Made by a program: the position numbers and the translations under genes. DNA of 57,276 nt, counting the filler, from Trichosphaerium sp. ATCC 40318 (lineage: Eukaryota; Protista; Tubulinea): NCBI GenBank assembly GCA_038496445.1. It is 3 parts of 3 records of this genome, joined end to end, with 100 filler letters (N's around TTAATTAATTAA, not from the genome) between each part and the next. Parts side by side here need not be neighbours in the genome. Positions count along the whole stretch, not along the records: positions 38,492 to 57,276 come from JALMLS010000051.1; 2 more parts are not named here. One strand, written 5' to 3'. The notes below the pieces were generated by a model. The model searched no databases. It was not told the DNA's origin and saw nothing but the letters and a program-made list of their open reading frames with translations. Of the stretch, positions 41,706 to 54,576 are shown piece after piece (positions within the stretch are counted from its first letter, which is position 1; the number at the start of each line of letters is the position of its first letter).

Positions 41706-44700
41706 ATGTCATCAGACGAAGAGGATATAAGCGACGAAGATTGGGATGATGACATGACGTTTGAGAGCGGCGATTTCTCTCATAGGTGCGTTATCCATTT
41801 GTAGAAGATTTATTTTCTCGCGTTGCACCTCATTCCATCAATTTCTAAGTGAGTGTAGTCGCGTAGCAACTGTTGGACGTCAGGGTAGAACACCAGAGGA
41901 ATTAACTTTCGCAAAAGGTTGTGATTACACTTTCTCGCGTTCTCTTAGCTAAATGTGGTGCTATTCCTTTAGGTGATATCATTTACGTCTGTCAAGTTGA
42001 CCAACAAACTGGATGGTGGTGTGGAATGTTAAATAACGCAATAGGATTATTTCCTGTAAATCTCACTGCTGCTGCCGGGGAGAGAGTGCGAGCTGAGGTA
42101 ATATTTTTTTATTGAATGTTTTTGAGTCTAACTTGTAGTTTAGTCTTCCACGTCTGATTGGGATGATTGGACATACATTGCTGGTGACGTGAGTGTTTCT
42201 TATTACGCACTTTTATGTTTCTTATGGTTGTTTCTTCTAGCGTGAAAGCCAGTACAATATCACCGCATTACCAGGTGATGAGGGATTTAAGTATGTCGCT
42301 ATAGCTAACTACGAAGCTACTAAAGACAGGGAATTATCGTATGTGATATTGCAAAGACTTTTACGAGTAGCCTTGTGGTGTGAATTAATGGTTTGTTGAA
42401 GGTTTTCAAAAGGAGATGTCTTTAGTAGTGTAGAGCAAGGAGAAAATTGGTGGATAGCCTCACTTAATGGTGAAGTAGGAGAAATACCTTCTAACTATGT
42501 TCGGTTGGTTAAACATTCGAAAGCAAGGTAAACTCTTTTTTTTTTTCCTGTTCATAAGTTACTTCTTTTCTTCTCATGGATTGTTTAGTATTTCAAATGG
42601 TCTTAATGGTTTTGGCGATGAGACTTTCTCCCTAGGGAATGTTATCCCACCTGCACCTTCAAGGCCAGTGTCAACAGTACCGCAAAAGATGGGTAAGAGA
42701 AAATCAGACTTATTAAGTAAAACCCTAACAATTTTCTTATATTTGTAGCAGCTCCACCTATTACTCCTAGAAGAAAAGGTAAACAAAACAATAGGAAAAA
42801 AGGACAAAACAAAACCAAGAAAGGACCTGAAAAATTACGGAATAACGTGTCAAATGTGCGTACCTTGTCAAGTCATTTTTACAGAGAATATACAACAATT
42901 TTCACTCAAATCCGCCATCTTCTGTATGAACGCGTTTTAAGAGGCGCAACCCTTGTAAACATTTGGGAAAATGTCTCAAACTGCTAAATTCAGCACTGCC
43001 TCTGCTGAACAACCAGTTGGAGACTATTTATCTTCTCTTTGAAAAAAATCCCTAAAAACTGATTTGTTGTTTAGAAAGGACCAAAGCCACCAAAACGTTT
43101 ACACCCACCTGGTGCCCCTAAAAATAATACAAGTACAAAAGATCAAAAGAGGGATAGTGCACGAAGGAACCAAACTCTTCGCAGTGAAGGCACAAAACGT
43201 CGTAAAAAAGGAAAAAAGAATACCGCTTCAACACTTCGTGGTACTAAAAGATCATTTGGTCCTAAGAAGATGCCACGACCTGCAAAGAAGTCTATTATGC
43301 CACCTAAGAGTGGTCCTGGTGGCAAGAAGATGCCACGGTTCAACCAACCTAATTTAAGGCGACCTAAACGGCCTGGAGCAACGAAAAAGCAAGTACAAGG
43401 CAATCTTCCAAAGAAACGATATAATCAGCCTGTACCTGCTATTCCAAAGTCTCCTAGGAAGGTCTCAAGGTTTCAGGAGCCAAGTATACATGCCACTAGT
43501 TCTATGAGGGGCAAACTGAGCCCTCGAGGGAATGACTACGGTTCACCTAGACCTAGTGGTGTAGCTGGTGGGCAGTCCTTTCATAAACTGCCTACTGGAG
43601 CAAAACATGCCAAAAAGATTAGGAACGTTGATGTTGTTTATGTTTATTGCATAGCAGACTTTACAGCATCTCAAGCAGGTGATTTAACAATCATGAAAGG
43701 TGATAAGATCATATTGTTGTCTAAAGAGAAGGATCCATGGTGGCGAGGTGAATTCAATGGTGTAGTTGGCGTATTTCCTTCAAACTTTGTTTCAACTGGC
43801 AGCTCAAGAAAGGTACGAAAATTACTGGATAGTTTTATATTTGGATTTTTATTGCATGCTTTATTGCTTGCCTCACACATTTTCTTAGAGGAAAAAAGTA
43901 TCAGTTACTAAAGCTAGAGCGTTATATGATTATACACCTAAATCTGATGACACAGAGCTTGGGTTTAGTAAAGGTGATGTAATCAATATTTTCACAAAGC
44001 TTGAAGGCTGGTGGGAAGCAGAAATTGATGGTGTAAGAGGTTGGGTGCCTTCAAAGTTTATGGAGGATGTTACAGATGAAGAGAGTAGTACAATGTCTTC
44101 ATCTGGTCTCATTCATTGTCGAGCATTTGGTGCTTACACACCAAAAAGAAAGGACGAATTAGGCATGAAACCAGGTATGTAGTTTGAAATTTTCTGCGTT
44201 GAAGTTTTCGACCCAACCACTATGAAAAATCTTTCTTTTTCTAATGGATACGGCCATACAACCATGAAAACTCCGTGTCTCTTTCCGAACCGCGAAGATA
44301 AGCATGGTATGGCCCTGCCAGTACTTGGGTCCGTGAGGACCAGGGAACGTAGGGTGCTGTATTCATTTTGCTTTTTTGCTTTCACACTTCAGCCTACCGT
44401 AGGCTGGGGGGTAGGCGTGTCAGCACGTTTTAACCTGTGCGCAACCTAACGATTATTTCTCAAATTTTCTTTCTCAAGGTGATGTTTTTGTTGTTTTGAA
44501 TCAAAAGAAGCGATGGTGGAAAGCTAGAAATATTCAAGGACAAGTTGGTTTAATACCATCTAATCATGTTGAGATTGTTAACTGTACGACAAGGCTCACT
44601 ATTTTAATCACAGATAGCTCTGTCTCTAAGCTCTGCGAATTTTTTTTTTATGTTTTTCAAGTTTCGACTGACAAAATGTTAAGATGACCTTCTTGTAACG

Positions 44701-45385
44701 GATGACGGTATCAACCTTGAGAATACGCTTAACCAGACAGTTGATGATACACGAAAGACTAGACGTGTACAAGTGTTCTCTGGCTTGTTGAAAAGAAAGG
44801 ATGTTAATTCCGCATTAATTGATCGTGAAACTGCTGCTGCTTTGCAACTTCAGTCTACTGAAGATGCATTAGAAGCTGCTAAACATCAAGCTATGAATAA
44901 GACAAAGGCAGGGTGGCTTAAAAAGTACTCTGCATCACTAATCGGGAAGCGATGGAAGCCTGTATATTGCATATTGGATGTATCACAAAACTCGATGATT
45001 TTTTACAAAAACGCTGCTTCAACCAAACCAAAACAAATTTTATCACTAGCAGATGTCGATTCTGTTCAGCCTGATTCTCCTAGTAACGTATCAAGTAGCG
45101 TAGTGTATTCTTTCACGCTCAATTACAGTGGTACGTACTCAAGAGGAAAACAACAAAAGAAGAAAACCAGAGTCGAGAATTCCTTTCGCTTTATTTTTTT
45201 TCAGTCGAAACATAGTGTACTCACAAAGTTATCACTTAGGGAAAGCAGGTTATTTTGGTGCTGATAGCGAACTGGAACGAGATGAGTGGATGGACACTAT
45301 TGACTTTTCTCTTGCGTTTAATAACGACAAGACTCTTTCAGAGTTTGGTAAACGACTAGTTGACCCTAAGAAAGGTAAAAAGTAA
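41706..45385 (+). CDS. Multi-SH3 (about five) plus C-terminal PH domain adaptor with a Pro/Lys-rich linker
   Basis: SH3 motifs GWWCG..IGLFP, NWWIA..GEIPSNY, PWWRG..GVFPSNF, GWWEA..GWVPSKF, RWWKA..GLIPSNH; PH KAGWLKKY...ERDEWMDTI. Confidence 0.9.
44246..44364 (+). rRNA. 5S rRNA: 5S ribosomal RNA gene (intronic)
   Basis: 119 nt. Helix I pairs GGATACGGC/GCTGTATTC; conserved GGCCATAC, CCGAAC, GAAGATAAGC, AGTACTTGG and GGGAA; T-runs downstream. Confidence 0.92.
44366..44377 (+). terminator. RNA polymerase III oligo-dT terminator of the 5S gene
   Basis: TTTTGCTTTTTT directly after the 5S 3' end. Confidence 0.7.
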
Positions 45386-45884
45386 TCTTTTATGCAAACC
45401 TTTTCTTTAAAAGGTTGTTTAAACACGTGTAATTATATGTAATATTTCCCCCCAAAGATGTAATAATACCAGCAATCATTTCAACGAGTGTTGTATGTTT
45501 TCTTATTTATAATGTTTAAAAAGGGTTTTTGAGCAGATAGATGTATATAAATTGGCGCTAGGAACTCTAGAATGTGTTTTGGCGTATTTGTTTTTTATTG
45601 GTAGCAAGTGTCAGAATGTCAATAGTGGGCAACAATTGACGCTTGATAGTAACTCCCTAGACCGGAGAATGCTTCTTTGAAGCATTTTAGTGCATTTTAA
45701 TGTTATTTAGTCTGTTCTTTCTGCGTTCCACCTCGTAGCATCGTGATGCAGTATTTTAATGCTGTCAAGCGTAGTGCGTAGTTAATAATTGTTTAAAACA
45801 ATTCTTCAGGAGATTCGATGTGTTTGACAATTCTGTTCTGTGAACTTCATTAGAGTTGCCAAAGTCACTTTTTAAGACACCAAC

Positions 45885-47426
45885 ATGGCACAACAACAAG
45901 CCTCTATCACTGTAAAGTCAAAACTCGTTGGAGAAAACGACTTGCGTCGTGTTACTCTCCCTGCTGAAGGACTAACATTTGTACTCCTCGCGGAAAAGCT
46001 TAGAACTTTGTATGCATACAAGGACATCTCTAAAGCGAAGATTAAATACCTCGACCCTGAAAATGACAAGATTACCGTACGCCACAATGGGTCATAGTGG
46101 GAGTTCTTAAAATTGTCTTAGATATCCTCTGATGAAGAATTGAGAGAAGCTTTAAAACTTATTGCGTCAGATAGTATTCTCCGCCTTTTTATTGTCCCTG
46201 CAAGGCAACCAGGCGAATTAACAGGAGTACGGCTTTATCGTTTGGGTTTTTGAAGCAAAACTAATTTAAAACAGGAAACTGTATCCTTAGATGAACGTAT
46301 TGAAGCCGCAACTGCCGCAATACTAAAGGACGTCAACAACCCAGCACTTGATGATGAAATTCGTGGTTTTATTTCTACTCTATCAACATCGCTGCCTAAC
46401 TGCGTCCAACGCAAACCTAGTACGTATTTTTACAGGCGGTTTTTTTTTCATTCGTTAACAGTTTTCCAGCTGAGCGTCGCCTTATGCGCATCCTGCGTCG
46501 TCGTGTGTTTCAAACAATGAACGACAAAGCTCTCAGGCTATTGGACTCTACAAAACCAGAAAACTTCACCCACGCACGCGATTTACTCCAAGGACAACTA
46601 GGAATATTCCCAAACGATATTTATAGCATGTACAACCTTGCTTGTAGCGAATCTCTCCTAAACAATAAGGACGCAGCTTGTGCTGCTTTGAGAAAGTCCG
46701 TTGATATGGGATTTAACCGCTTGCAAGCTATGCAAAACGATAAGGACCTCGATAACATCAGGTAAACGCAAACTCTTCATTTTGATCCATTTTTTTCTTT
46801 CTCTCAGAAAATCAGGCTTCTTTGAACCTATCCTCGCTCAGAGTTAGGAATAATCTAACTGGCATTAACACGTGCCTTTGGAAGCTCCTTTTTTAATGAA
46901 AAAATTGTTCACAACCGTGCTTTGTGGCACGAAGTTGTACTGTATTTTTTTTTCATTTACAAAATCTTACCCTTGTGTTAGAAATGAAGTTTTATACACT
47001 CAAATCGTCACCGAGTTGGAAAAAGATAATGGACGTCGCGGTGGATGTCGTAAAGGAAGAGCACGTTTTGGCGGACGCCGTGGACGTTGTGGCCGCGGAC
47101 GCGGTGGACGTGGTAGAGGTAGACGCCATAGAGGAAAGAAATTCGAGAACGAAGGAAGTGATTCTGAACAATCACTCGATGGTTCAGTTGAAGAAGAGCC
47201 ATCCGTTGAGGAACAACCACAAGAGCCTGTTGAACCTGAAGAAGAAGATGCTACCGAAATCCCTGAAGGCATAACCCAGTCAGCTATTGATACCGCAAAT
47301 GACTTTGCACGCTCCTTGGAGAGTTTGTCTGGCATGGGATTTTCTGATAGAAAATCCAATATTGAAGCTTTAGTTCATTCACGTGGTGACCTTACTGGTG
47401 CTGTTAAATTCTTGTTGGACAACTGA
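45885..47426 (+). CDS. PB1-TPR-RGG-UBA protein (p62/NBR1-like autophagy receptor candidate)
   Basis: PB1 VKSK..RR..IKYLDPENDKITISSDEELREAL; TPR-like YNLACSESLL...DKDLDNIR; UBA LSGMGFSDRKSNIEALVHSRGDLTGAVKFLL. Confidence 0.85.
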
Positions 47427-47770
47427 GAGAATTGATTTGTCAACTCACCTTGATAAAAGGGAGTAATTACCTGACAAGTAATAAAAAATATCATTATCCC
47501 TTTTGTTGTAATTCCTTGCGAATCTTTTTTTTATTGAGGGTCCGTATTACTTGCTTTTCTATAAGGGCACCCCCCCTTAAGCAGATATATTGGATCGGGC
47601 GCTTTGCTTAGCAAGAGCTTATATTTACAAAGCCCTTTTTATACAAGTGGAATAGGCTTTATTTAATTTTTTTTGTATTTGTACAAACAGTCACCAAAAA
47701 AAAACAGTGACCTTTTGGGCTGAGGTTAATACTTCCAGCTTAGCAACTAGTATAGCGTGGTATATAATGA

Positions 47771-49211
47771 CTACTTAGCTCTTTCTACAGACATGAAATA
47801 ACCTACAAAAGCGAGTTAACAGCACGGTAGCTTCCAAAAAAAAAACAAGAAAAGAACTTACCAATACAATAAGCAACAACAGCTGCAAATCCACCGATTG
47901 AAACCATTTCGATAGCGGAATCTATAATACGTTCTTGAGTAATCTTTGCCCTAAAAAAACGTGTTAGTATAACAATGATAACATGTATGCTGAAGTTCAA
48001 AGAGAAGGCCCCAAAAAAAGTTGCGGTCATTGTTTTTTGAACAACGATAATAAAAATTGCAAGAATGGTTATTATTATAACACTTGTTCAAATAGGGTCA
48101 TGTGAATACTTTTCGTTCGAATTTATTGTCCGAAAGTCTAAAAAAGGAAAGGGCGCAAAAATCTTACCTTGCAACACCCAATGCGACCAATGTGCATCCT
48201 GTAAGGAAACAAGCTGAAAAGAATCCTCTAAATGATGCACCAAGACCGACATACATTGTGACATCCGCCAACAATGGAATGAATCCAAAGAAGACTAAAA
48301 AACAAAGTAAGAAAAAAACACTTTTTTTTTTGGATAATAAAATCAACAAAACCCCAAATTTCTCAATCCCTACTCCAACCAAATAGGACCAAACTTACTG
48401 AAAGCCATGAATGTATAAAAAGCAGACTTTGTCGGTGATGGTGGCTCCTCTGTAAGCTCTTCTTCCATCATTACAATGTCAACAGTCGTAGTTGCATTTT
48501 TCGATATTATTTGTGATAATTTTTCAGCTTCTTCTGCATGAAACCCTCTTCTTTTAAATATGGCGTTTAGCTTGTCCTTATACATTTGAGGAAACTGGTC
48601 GTATGCTGGAAAAAATTGAGTTAGAATTGTTTCAGCGTTCAAGTCCGTTTTACGGGTAAAGTGAAGGCGCGTAGCCAATATAAACCCACCAGCGCGTGCA
48701 TACAGGGCACTAAAGGTATTTTCGAACATCGAAAAAAAATAACGCAAAAAATATCGCGACGTGGGTTTTCGCGAGTTTGGTGATGCTATGTAGTATCGTA
48801 CCTTTGTAATTTTTATCTAGTTCGCGTTGTTTTGATTCCGTCTCAGAAGTTTGGCTCAAAAAGTCTGATACTCCCATAGATATGGCGTCTGCGAACAGAT
48901 TGGAGAATCCCAGTATCAAAATCAATCCAGACGCTACATCTGCGCCGTAACAACCAGCAACAAGACCAAATATGCTGTTGGACGTGTTATCGCTTTAATA
49001 GATCATTGTGGAGCGATTTTACCTTACAATGCCGTCTGTGCCGCCGTATACAATACTTCGCACGTATTTTACCAAGTCGCGTGAGCGGAAGAATGGTTCT
49101 CGTCGTTCCATAGGCTTTCTGCTCGACTGTCGTGGTGTGTGATTGCTGTTGCTCTAAGAAACACGATTTAGTGACAACTAAGTCTTACCAAACTCGTAAA
49201 TAACGTACCAT
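47771..49211 (-). CDS. VIT1/CCC1-family vacuolar iron/manganese transporter (start uncertain: 49211 or 49111)
   Basis: YVRSIVYGGTDGIV, LGFSNLFADAISMGVSDFLS, MMEEEL, FGFIPLL. Confidence 0.9.
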
Positions 49212-49967
49212 CGTACGTAAAGGTTTGTTTAATGTACTATCACGGTCTACGGAATGCAAATACTGTGGGATTGTTAGGTGTTGGCGTTTAAAATGTTGTA
49301 TGTGCAGAAATTGTTACAGTGTAGTGCGTTGGAACTGTTTTACGGTGGATTTTGAATAAAAACAGGCTTAGACTGGACTTTTAGTCTACAAATTTCATAT
49401 TTCCACGCGGTATGCATGCAACACAACGTTAAAGTGACGTACCTCCTTGCTTTTGCGTACGGTACAAAAAGGTGTGACATTTGTCTCATTTGGGACAATG
49501 TTTGGGCGTATAAGGGTGTTTCCACTGCGTAGAGGAGGGTAAAGGGCTGCCATGGTGGTAGAAATACAGAGAAATTGAACAATTTTTCTTTTTACTCAGG
49601 CGCTAGTACAATGTGAACGTCTTTTCAAACTCAGGTATTTAAATATAGCTTTTATGTGTAGTACATAGAGTAATCCGCGATAGTGTGAAGAACAAAATGT
49701 TGCTCTCATTGTTGGTAACAGTGTCCAAAACTAAATCATTTTTTTTTTGAACTTTTTGTGCACGTGATTACATTAAGAGTAAAAACGTCTTCAATTTCGC
49801 TGGTTATGAGCATATATGCTGTTATTCCGTATCAACGTTTCCATGAATGTATTTTGAACATGGTGAGGAGTGCACTTCACGAGTAAACTGTATGCAGTTT
49901 GTATTTTTTTTTTCGTTTTTTTTCAGCGTATTTTCGAGCAAAGCTAAAATAAAATTAACAAATAGCT

Positions 49968-51357
49968 ATGGAGAAGGTAGAAAAGGATACCATGCAAAAG
50001 GAAGCACCGCCAAAGTGGATTAGACTCAATGTCGGAGGCAGACCATTTACTACAACGGCTCAAACACTTTGTTTCGGTAATAATATATCCATTACGCTCC
50101 TTATACGTAATAGACGCGACTTCAATGCTCGCTGCGATGTTTAGTGATGGATTACAACTAAAATCGGCAGATGTAGATGAAACAGGTGCATATCTTATAG
50201 ACAGGAGTCCTGCATACTTTGTAAGCCATATTACACTATATTATCAGTTTCTAAACTGCTTTATCTCAGGCGCCTATACTCAACTTTCTGCGCACTGGTA
50301 AACTCATAGTTGATCCTAATATTAGCTTGGAGGTAGTTTTACCAACATTACGCCTTTTTTAACGTTTTTAACAGGGTGTTCATGAAGAAGCGACTTATTT
50401 TCAGATTAAATCGCTTATGGACTTACTGGATAAATCAAAACGTCCTGATATGACAAGAAGAGATTTTATAAAGTTCGAGGATAGGTCGTCATTCCAAGGT
50501 GCTGGGTAAGCACGTGATTTATTTGACCCAAAACCCGTAATTTGATTAAAAAAAAATGCGCATATGGTTGACATTGTTTAAAGTGTAAGGCTATCAGGAA
50601 TTGATTTATCGAAGTTAAATCTTGTTGGATTTCGATTTGATGACTGTATTGCAACAAATACGGATTTCTCTGGATGCACAATACGTGGTGGAAGCTTCCA
50701 GAATGTAAGTTGTGTTTTGTTTATTAAGTTTTTATTCGTTGTTCTTTCTTTTGTTTGACCTTTGATTTATAGGCCATTGCTACAGAAGCTTTATTTATAA
50801 ATGCACTAGGAGATAGGCTCATGTGTTGTGAAGCACAACTAATACGTGCAAAATTCGCAGGCGCTCAATTAGTCGCAAGCAACTTTTCTTCAGCTGATTT
50901 AGAAGATAGTTCTTTTGAAAACGCTGTGTGTAATTCAGGTAAGGTCTTAATAATATTACTTTGATAAAAGAGGTAAAATACAATGTGTGCTAATGTTTTT
51001 TATGTAGCATTGTTTCAATACAGTAATCTTGTGAATGCAAACTTCAAAAACTGTAATCTTCAACATGCCAAATTACAATCTGCAATCTGTCGAGGTTGTG
51101 ACTTTACTGGTGCTACTTGTACTGGTATGTACCTTACAGGTGCTGATCTTAGAGGAGCAACTATAGATTGGTCTCAGATTGATGAATATTGTGCAAGAGG
51201 AGCAATAATAACAAAGAAACAGTTTGATAAGATGCCACTTCCTGATTCTGAAAAAGCTTTGTTTAAATTCAAGATTGAAGAAGATGCACAAGAAAGAGAA
51301 AGATCACCACATGTCAAAATGACACGCAGGCAAAGAGTAAACGAAATTGTATATTAG
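49968..51357 (+). CDS. KCTD9: KCTD9-like BTB/POZ plus pentapeptide-repeat protein
   Basis: [47 protein letters not shown]; pentapeptides ANFKNCNLQHAKLQSA, ADLRGA. Confidence 0.88.
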
Positions 51358-51783
51358 AAGCATTTGTTACAGTAAAAGTGAATAAAAAAAAGTGTAAACA
51401 ATCTTCACTTAACACAGTAATTTTTTTGTAAAAACTGGTATATACCAGTTTAATTTGTAGACCTGTTATGCCGTTTAAATCCCCAAACAGTACATTCCTT
51501 CCCTATACATCAAATTAACACTTTTTAGAAACCAGAGGCACTCACAGCATCCAGGTAGCTCATTTCCACCAGCGATACTTGTGCATGTAAGTGAGTCCTT
51601 GAAAAACTTATAAAGGTTCTCCCTGGCACCCAAGAACCCAGAAATGTGAATTTAAAAGGCACTGAAACGTGCCCGAATTTGAGAATTACTTTGCTTGCCA
51701 AGAGTGGCAAACCAAATGATTATATAACCTTAGTGTTTTTCTAAAAAAGATGAATCTATTTATTGCCAGTAATTATTGATAGA

Positions 51784-52268
51784 TTAGTTACGCCTAACAA
51801 TCTCTATGTCCATGTAAACATGCTTTATACTCATTGTAGCAAGCTTCCCGCCATCTGTCAACACAGGCATTACGGGTAATAAGGGGGTATACTGGACAAT
51901 TATAGGTGCATCGGCATAGCACCAATCTCTCTCACGTATACAACACCTCCAAACCTACAAACAGAATAACCACATATGCATAATTATGTCTGTTGGCAAA
52001 GCAAAGTACTTTCTGCGCACGTGGAAGAAAGAGTTTAATCAGCCAAAAAAAAGCTTGCTTACCGATTCTGCGTTAAGCAAATACGAGTACAATATTCTCA
52101 GTACGTCATTTTCTCTGTCTATCATCCTTATGGCTAATAATATTGCCACTTAACGCAAAAGTGTAAAAAACCCACAAGCTACATTTTGACGCATACGTTA
52201 CCGTTCTTAATGCGTAAGTGACGCGAAACCGGCACTTTAGGCGTACAATTACACAATGTATGCACCAT
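51784..52268 (-). CDS. Small hypothetical 4-exon protein (~120 aa), absent from the ORF track
   Basis: Three short GT-AG introns join MVHTLCNCTPK.../...MIDRENDVLRILYSYLLNAES/KVLCFANRHNYAY/VWRCCIRERDW...IVRRN* in one frame. Confidence 0.4.
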
Positions 52269-52487
52269 AACCGCATTTAACGAAAGCGTTACTCGTGTTT
52301 AACGCACTTATTGTCGTGTAATGACTCAGCAATCATTTGCCAAAAAAAACTCCGCTCACTGCTTATTTTCGTAAATTCATGCATTCTCAATTGAAGCCAT
52401 TGCTCCAGTCGGCACACGAAATGAGTTCACAAACGTACTATTGTGCAATGTGAATACTTTTTATTTGAGTTTTGCCATGCTGATGTT

Positions 52488-52937
52488 CTAGTACACTCTA
52501 CTGACCCATTTGCAGTCGTTTACACGCGCAATACAGTCATTAGTATAGTCCCACCCAAATCGCTCCTGTTTGTAAGCTAGACCATGCTCATTTGGTGGTT
52601 CGTGTCTGTTAAGCTGCAATTGGTACGCAACCCGCTGTCCTTGGAACATCTCGCTTACTTCGTAATAGCAAGCAACGAGAACGTTTCCAGGTACGGACCC
52701 AGCACCTGGATACCAGCGTGTGTGGTAGTTTTCGATCTCCATTTCTACTAGTCTGGTGTGTCGAGTGTTGAAACGAGCTTGAGCATCGTCCACGCTAACG
52801 TAACCGAAGCGGCTATCATAGATAAACCAACCTCGGGACCTTGCGGCTTTGGCTAGGTTATATTTTGGGCAGCTTTGTACATGGCAATAAACTGCTACGA
52901 ACAACGCAAAGAGTACAAGGATAGTTTTAGTAAGCAT
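52488..52937 (-). CDS. Small intronless secreted Cys-containing protein (149 aa), DUF3757-like Cys pattern
   Basis: Signal peptide MLTKTILVLFALFVAVYC; SCP...VACYY...W....C......C.W. Confidence 0.72.
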   Translation of the reverse strand: MLTKTILVLFALFVAVYCHVQSCPKYNLAKAARSRGWFIYDSRFGYVSVDDAQARFNTRHTRLVEMEIENYHTRWYPGAGSVPGNVLVACYYEVSEMFQGQRVAYQLQLNRHEPPNEHGLAYKQERFGWDYTNDCIARVNDCKWVSRVY

Positions 52938-53178
52938 TGTGCTTAAAAGGTAATCTCCTATTATGCTCGAAGTCAGTAAAAGTCGTATGGGTAGTTTTGC
53001 TTCATCAACTCGAAATCTAGGTGTTAGTTTGTAAAGTTGGACAAGTCCATACGAGAGTTGCTGAAGGGTTTCACTGTTCACCGTTTCTTATGTTTTGTGT
53101 AGCGTACTAGACAACGTAAACTTCATTTTGTACTTTTATTTGCTACACTAAAAACAGTGCTGGCACGTGACATCAAAT

Positions 53179-54190
53179 TTACATGTGTTTTTCCCATGGC
53201 TTTACACCATTAAGCAAACAACACAGAACAAGCTCATGGCCGAAAGGACGAGAGGTATCGTTGTAGCAATCATCTAAGGACTTCTTTTCACCAATATAAT
53301 CATATCCATCATATCCCTTAACAGACGTTAACTACAAAGAAAAGAAGTATTTTTTTGTTATAGTCGTACTACTATTTGTATATTGTATCCACTGTCTCTG
53401 AGTGCTACAAGCTTCTTCCAAGCTTCAGTTTTTACAACATACTCAGCATAAATAGGGCAATATATTCTACCACGTGCTACACCATACGTAAGTCGTGAAC
53501 CTTGCCATAACGAAAAAAGAGGTTTATTCTTGTTCGGTCCTTTACTCTTTTTAACATGCCTTTTTGGAAAGAGTTAGCTTTGTCCTATTCCATAAAAATA
53601 TAAGCCTTACCGATGCGGCTTTGGGTCAGCGAAACCTTTCTTTCTCCTGTCAAAAAATAGTGGTATTATGCCCCCATTTGAGTCAACTTCTCCTTCCCAC
53701 ACTTTACTAAATTGCCACAGGTTTTCTAACAATAGGAAAAAAGTTAACATATGCGAATGTTCTTTCCCGACAATGTACCTAGGTTCTACAGAAACAGTTA
53801 CTCTAAAATGCAACATAAATCCTACGTACTGTAGCTAATGGTGCATCTTCTTTATGTTTTATTGGTCCTAGCTTCATTGGCGATAACTGCTTGAACACTC
53901 CAGGAGCACTTGAACAACAATTGATATTCTAAAGAAAAAGTTGTTAAAAAAAAGCTAAAAAAGATAAAACTGGAGATTACCTTGTAGCCATCAACCTTTG
54001 GCCATGGTTTTGTTCTACGTATACAATGAGCACGCACTAATCCTTTTGTTTTATTAGCAACATTCTTTTCTTTAGCAGCCTCCACAGTAACAGCATGTGC
54101 GTCTCTTATAACCTGGAGTTTTTTCTCATGAGCTGTTTTTTGCTTCTTTGTCTTCGAACTTGATTTGCTCTTCTTAGCTTTTCGCTTCAT
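53179..54190 (-). CDS. DUF6939-like (NADAR-related) protein with a basic N-terminus, multi-exon
   Basis: LSPMKLGP, LENLWQFSKV, YGVARGRIYCPIY, GYDG, PFGHELVL. Confidence 0.65.
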
Positions 54191-54576
54191 TATCTTCTTG
54201 TATAACTGATGCGTTGATATAGTTGTAAACGTATTATGTTGAAAATAACTGAAAAGAAAAGTTAACAACTTTGCAGTTCCAATGAAAAAGTCACTGAACA
54301 AAACAAAACAACATGATTTTTCACGTGAGAAACAAACCATGCAAGACCTATTTATTTAAAATATAGAGGCGGATGCCTAAGTATAATATCAAACTTTAAT
54401 CAATTTTTTTATGTACCCATGAAACAAGCAATAGAAAGCTAAACCAACTGATTCTGTTTTTTATGTAACTTTTTTTTTTAATATTAACGTACAATACTCT
54501 TTACAAAGAAAAAAAAACCCCTATGTTCTTCTATCTAGAACTATTTCCAAACAACCATCCCCTTATTACTTTAAGC

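Noticed and set aside
46762-46981. Long intron in the PB1-UBA gene as a snoRNA host
   Set aside because: No convincing C/D or H/ACA box arrangement visible; a covariance-model search would be needed.
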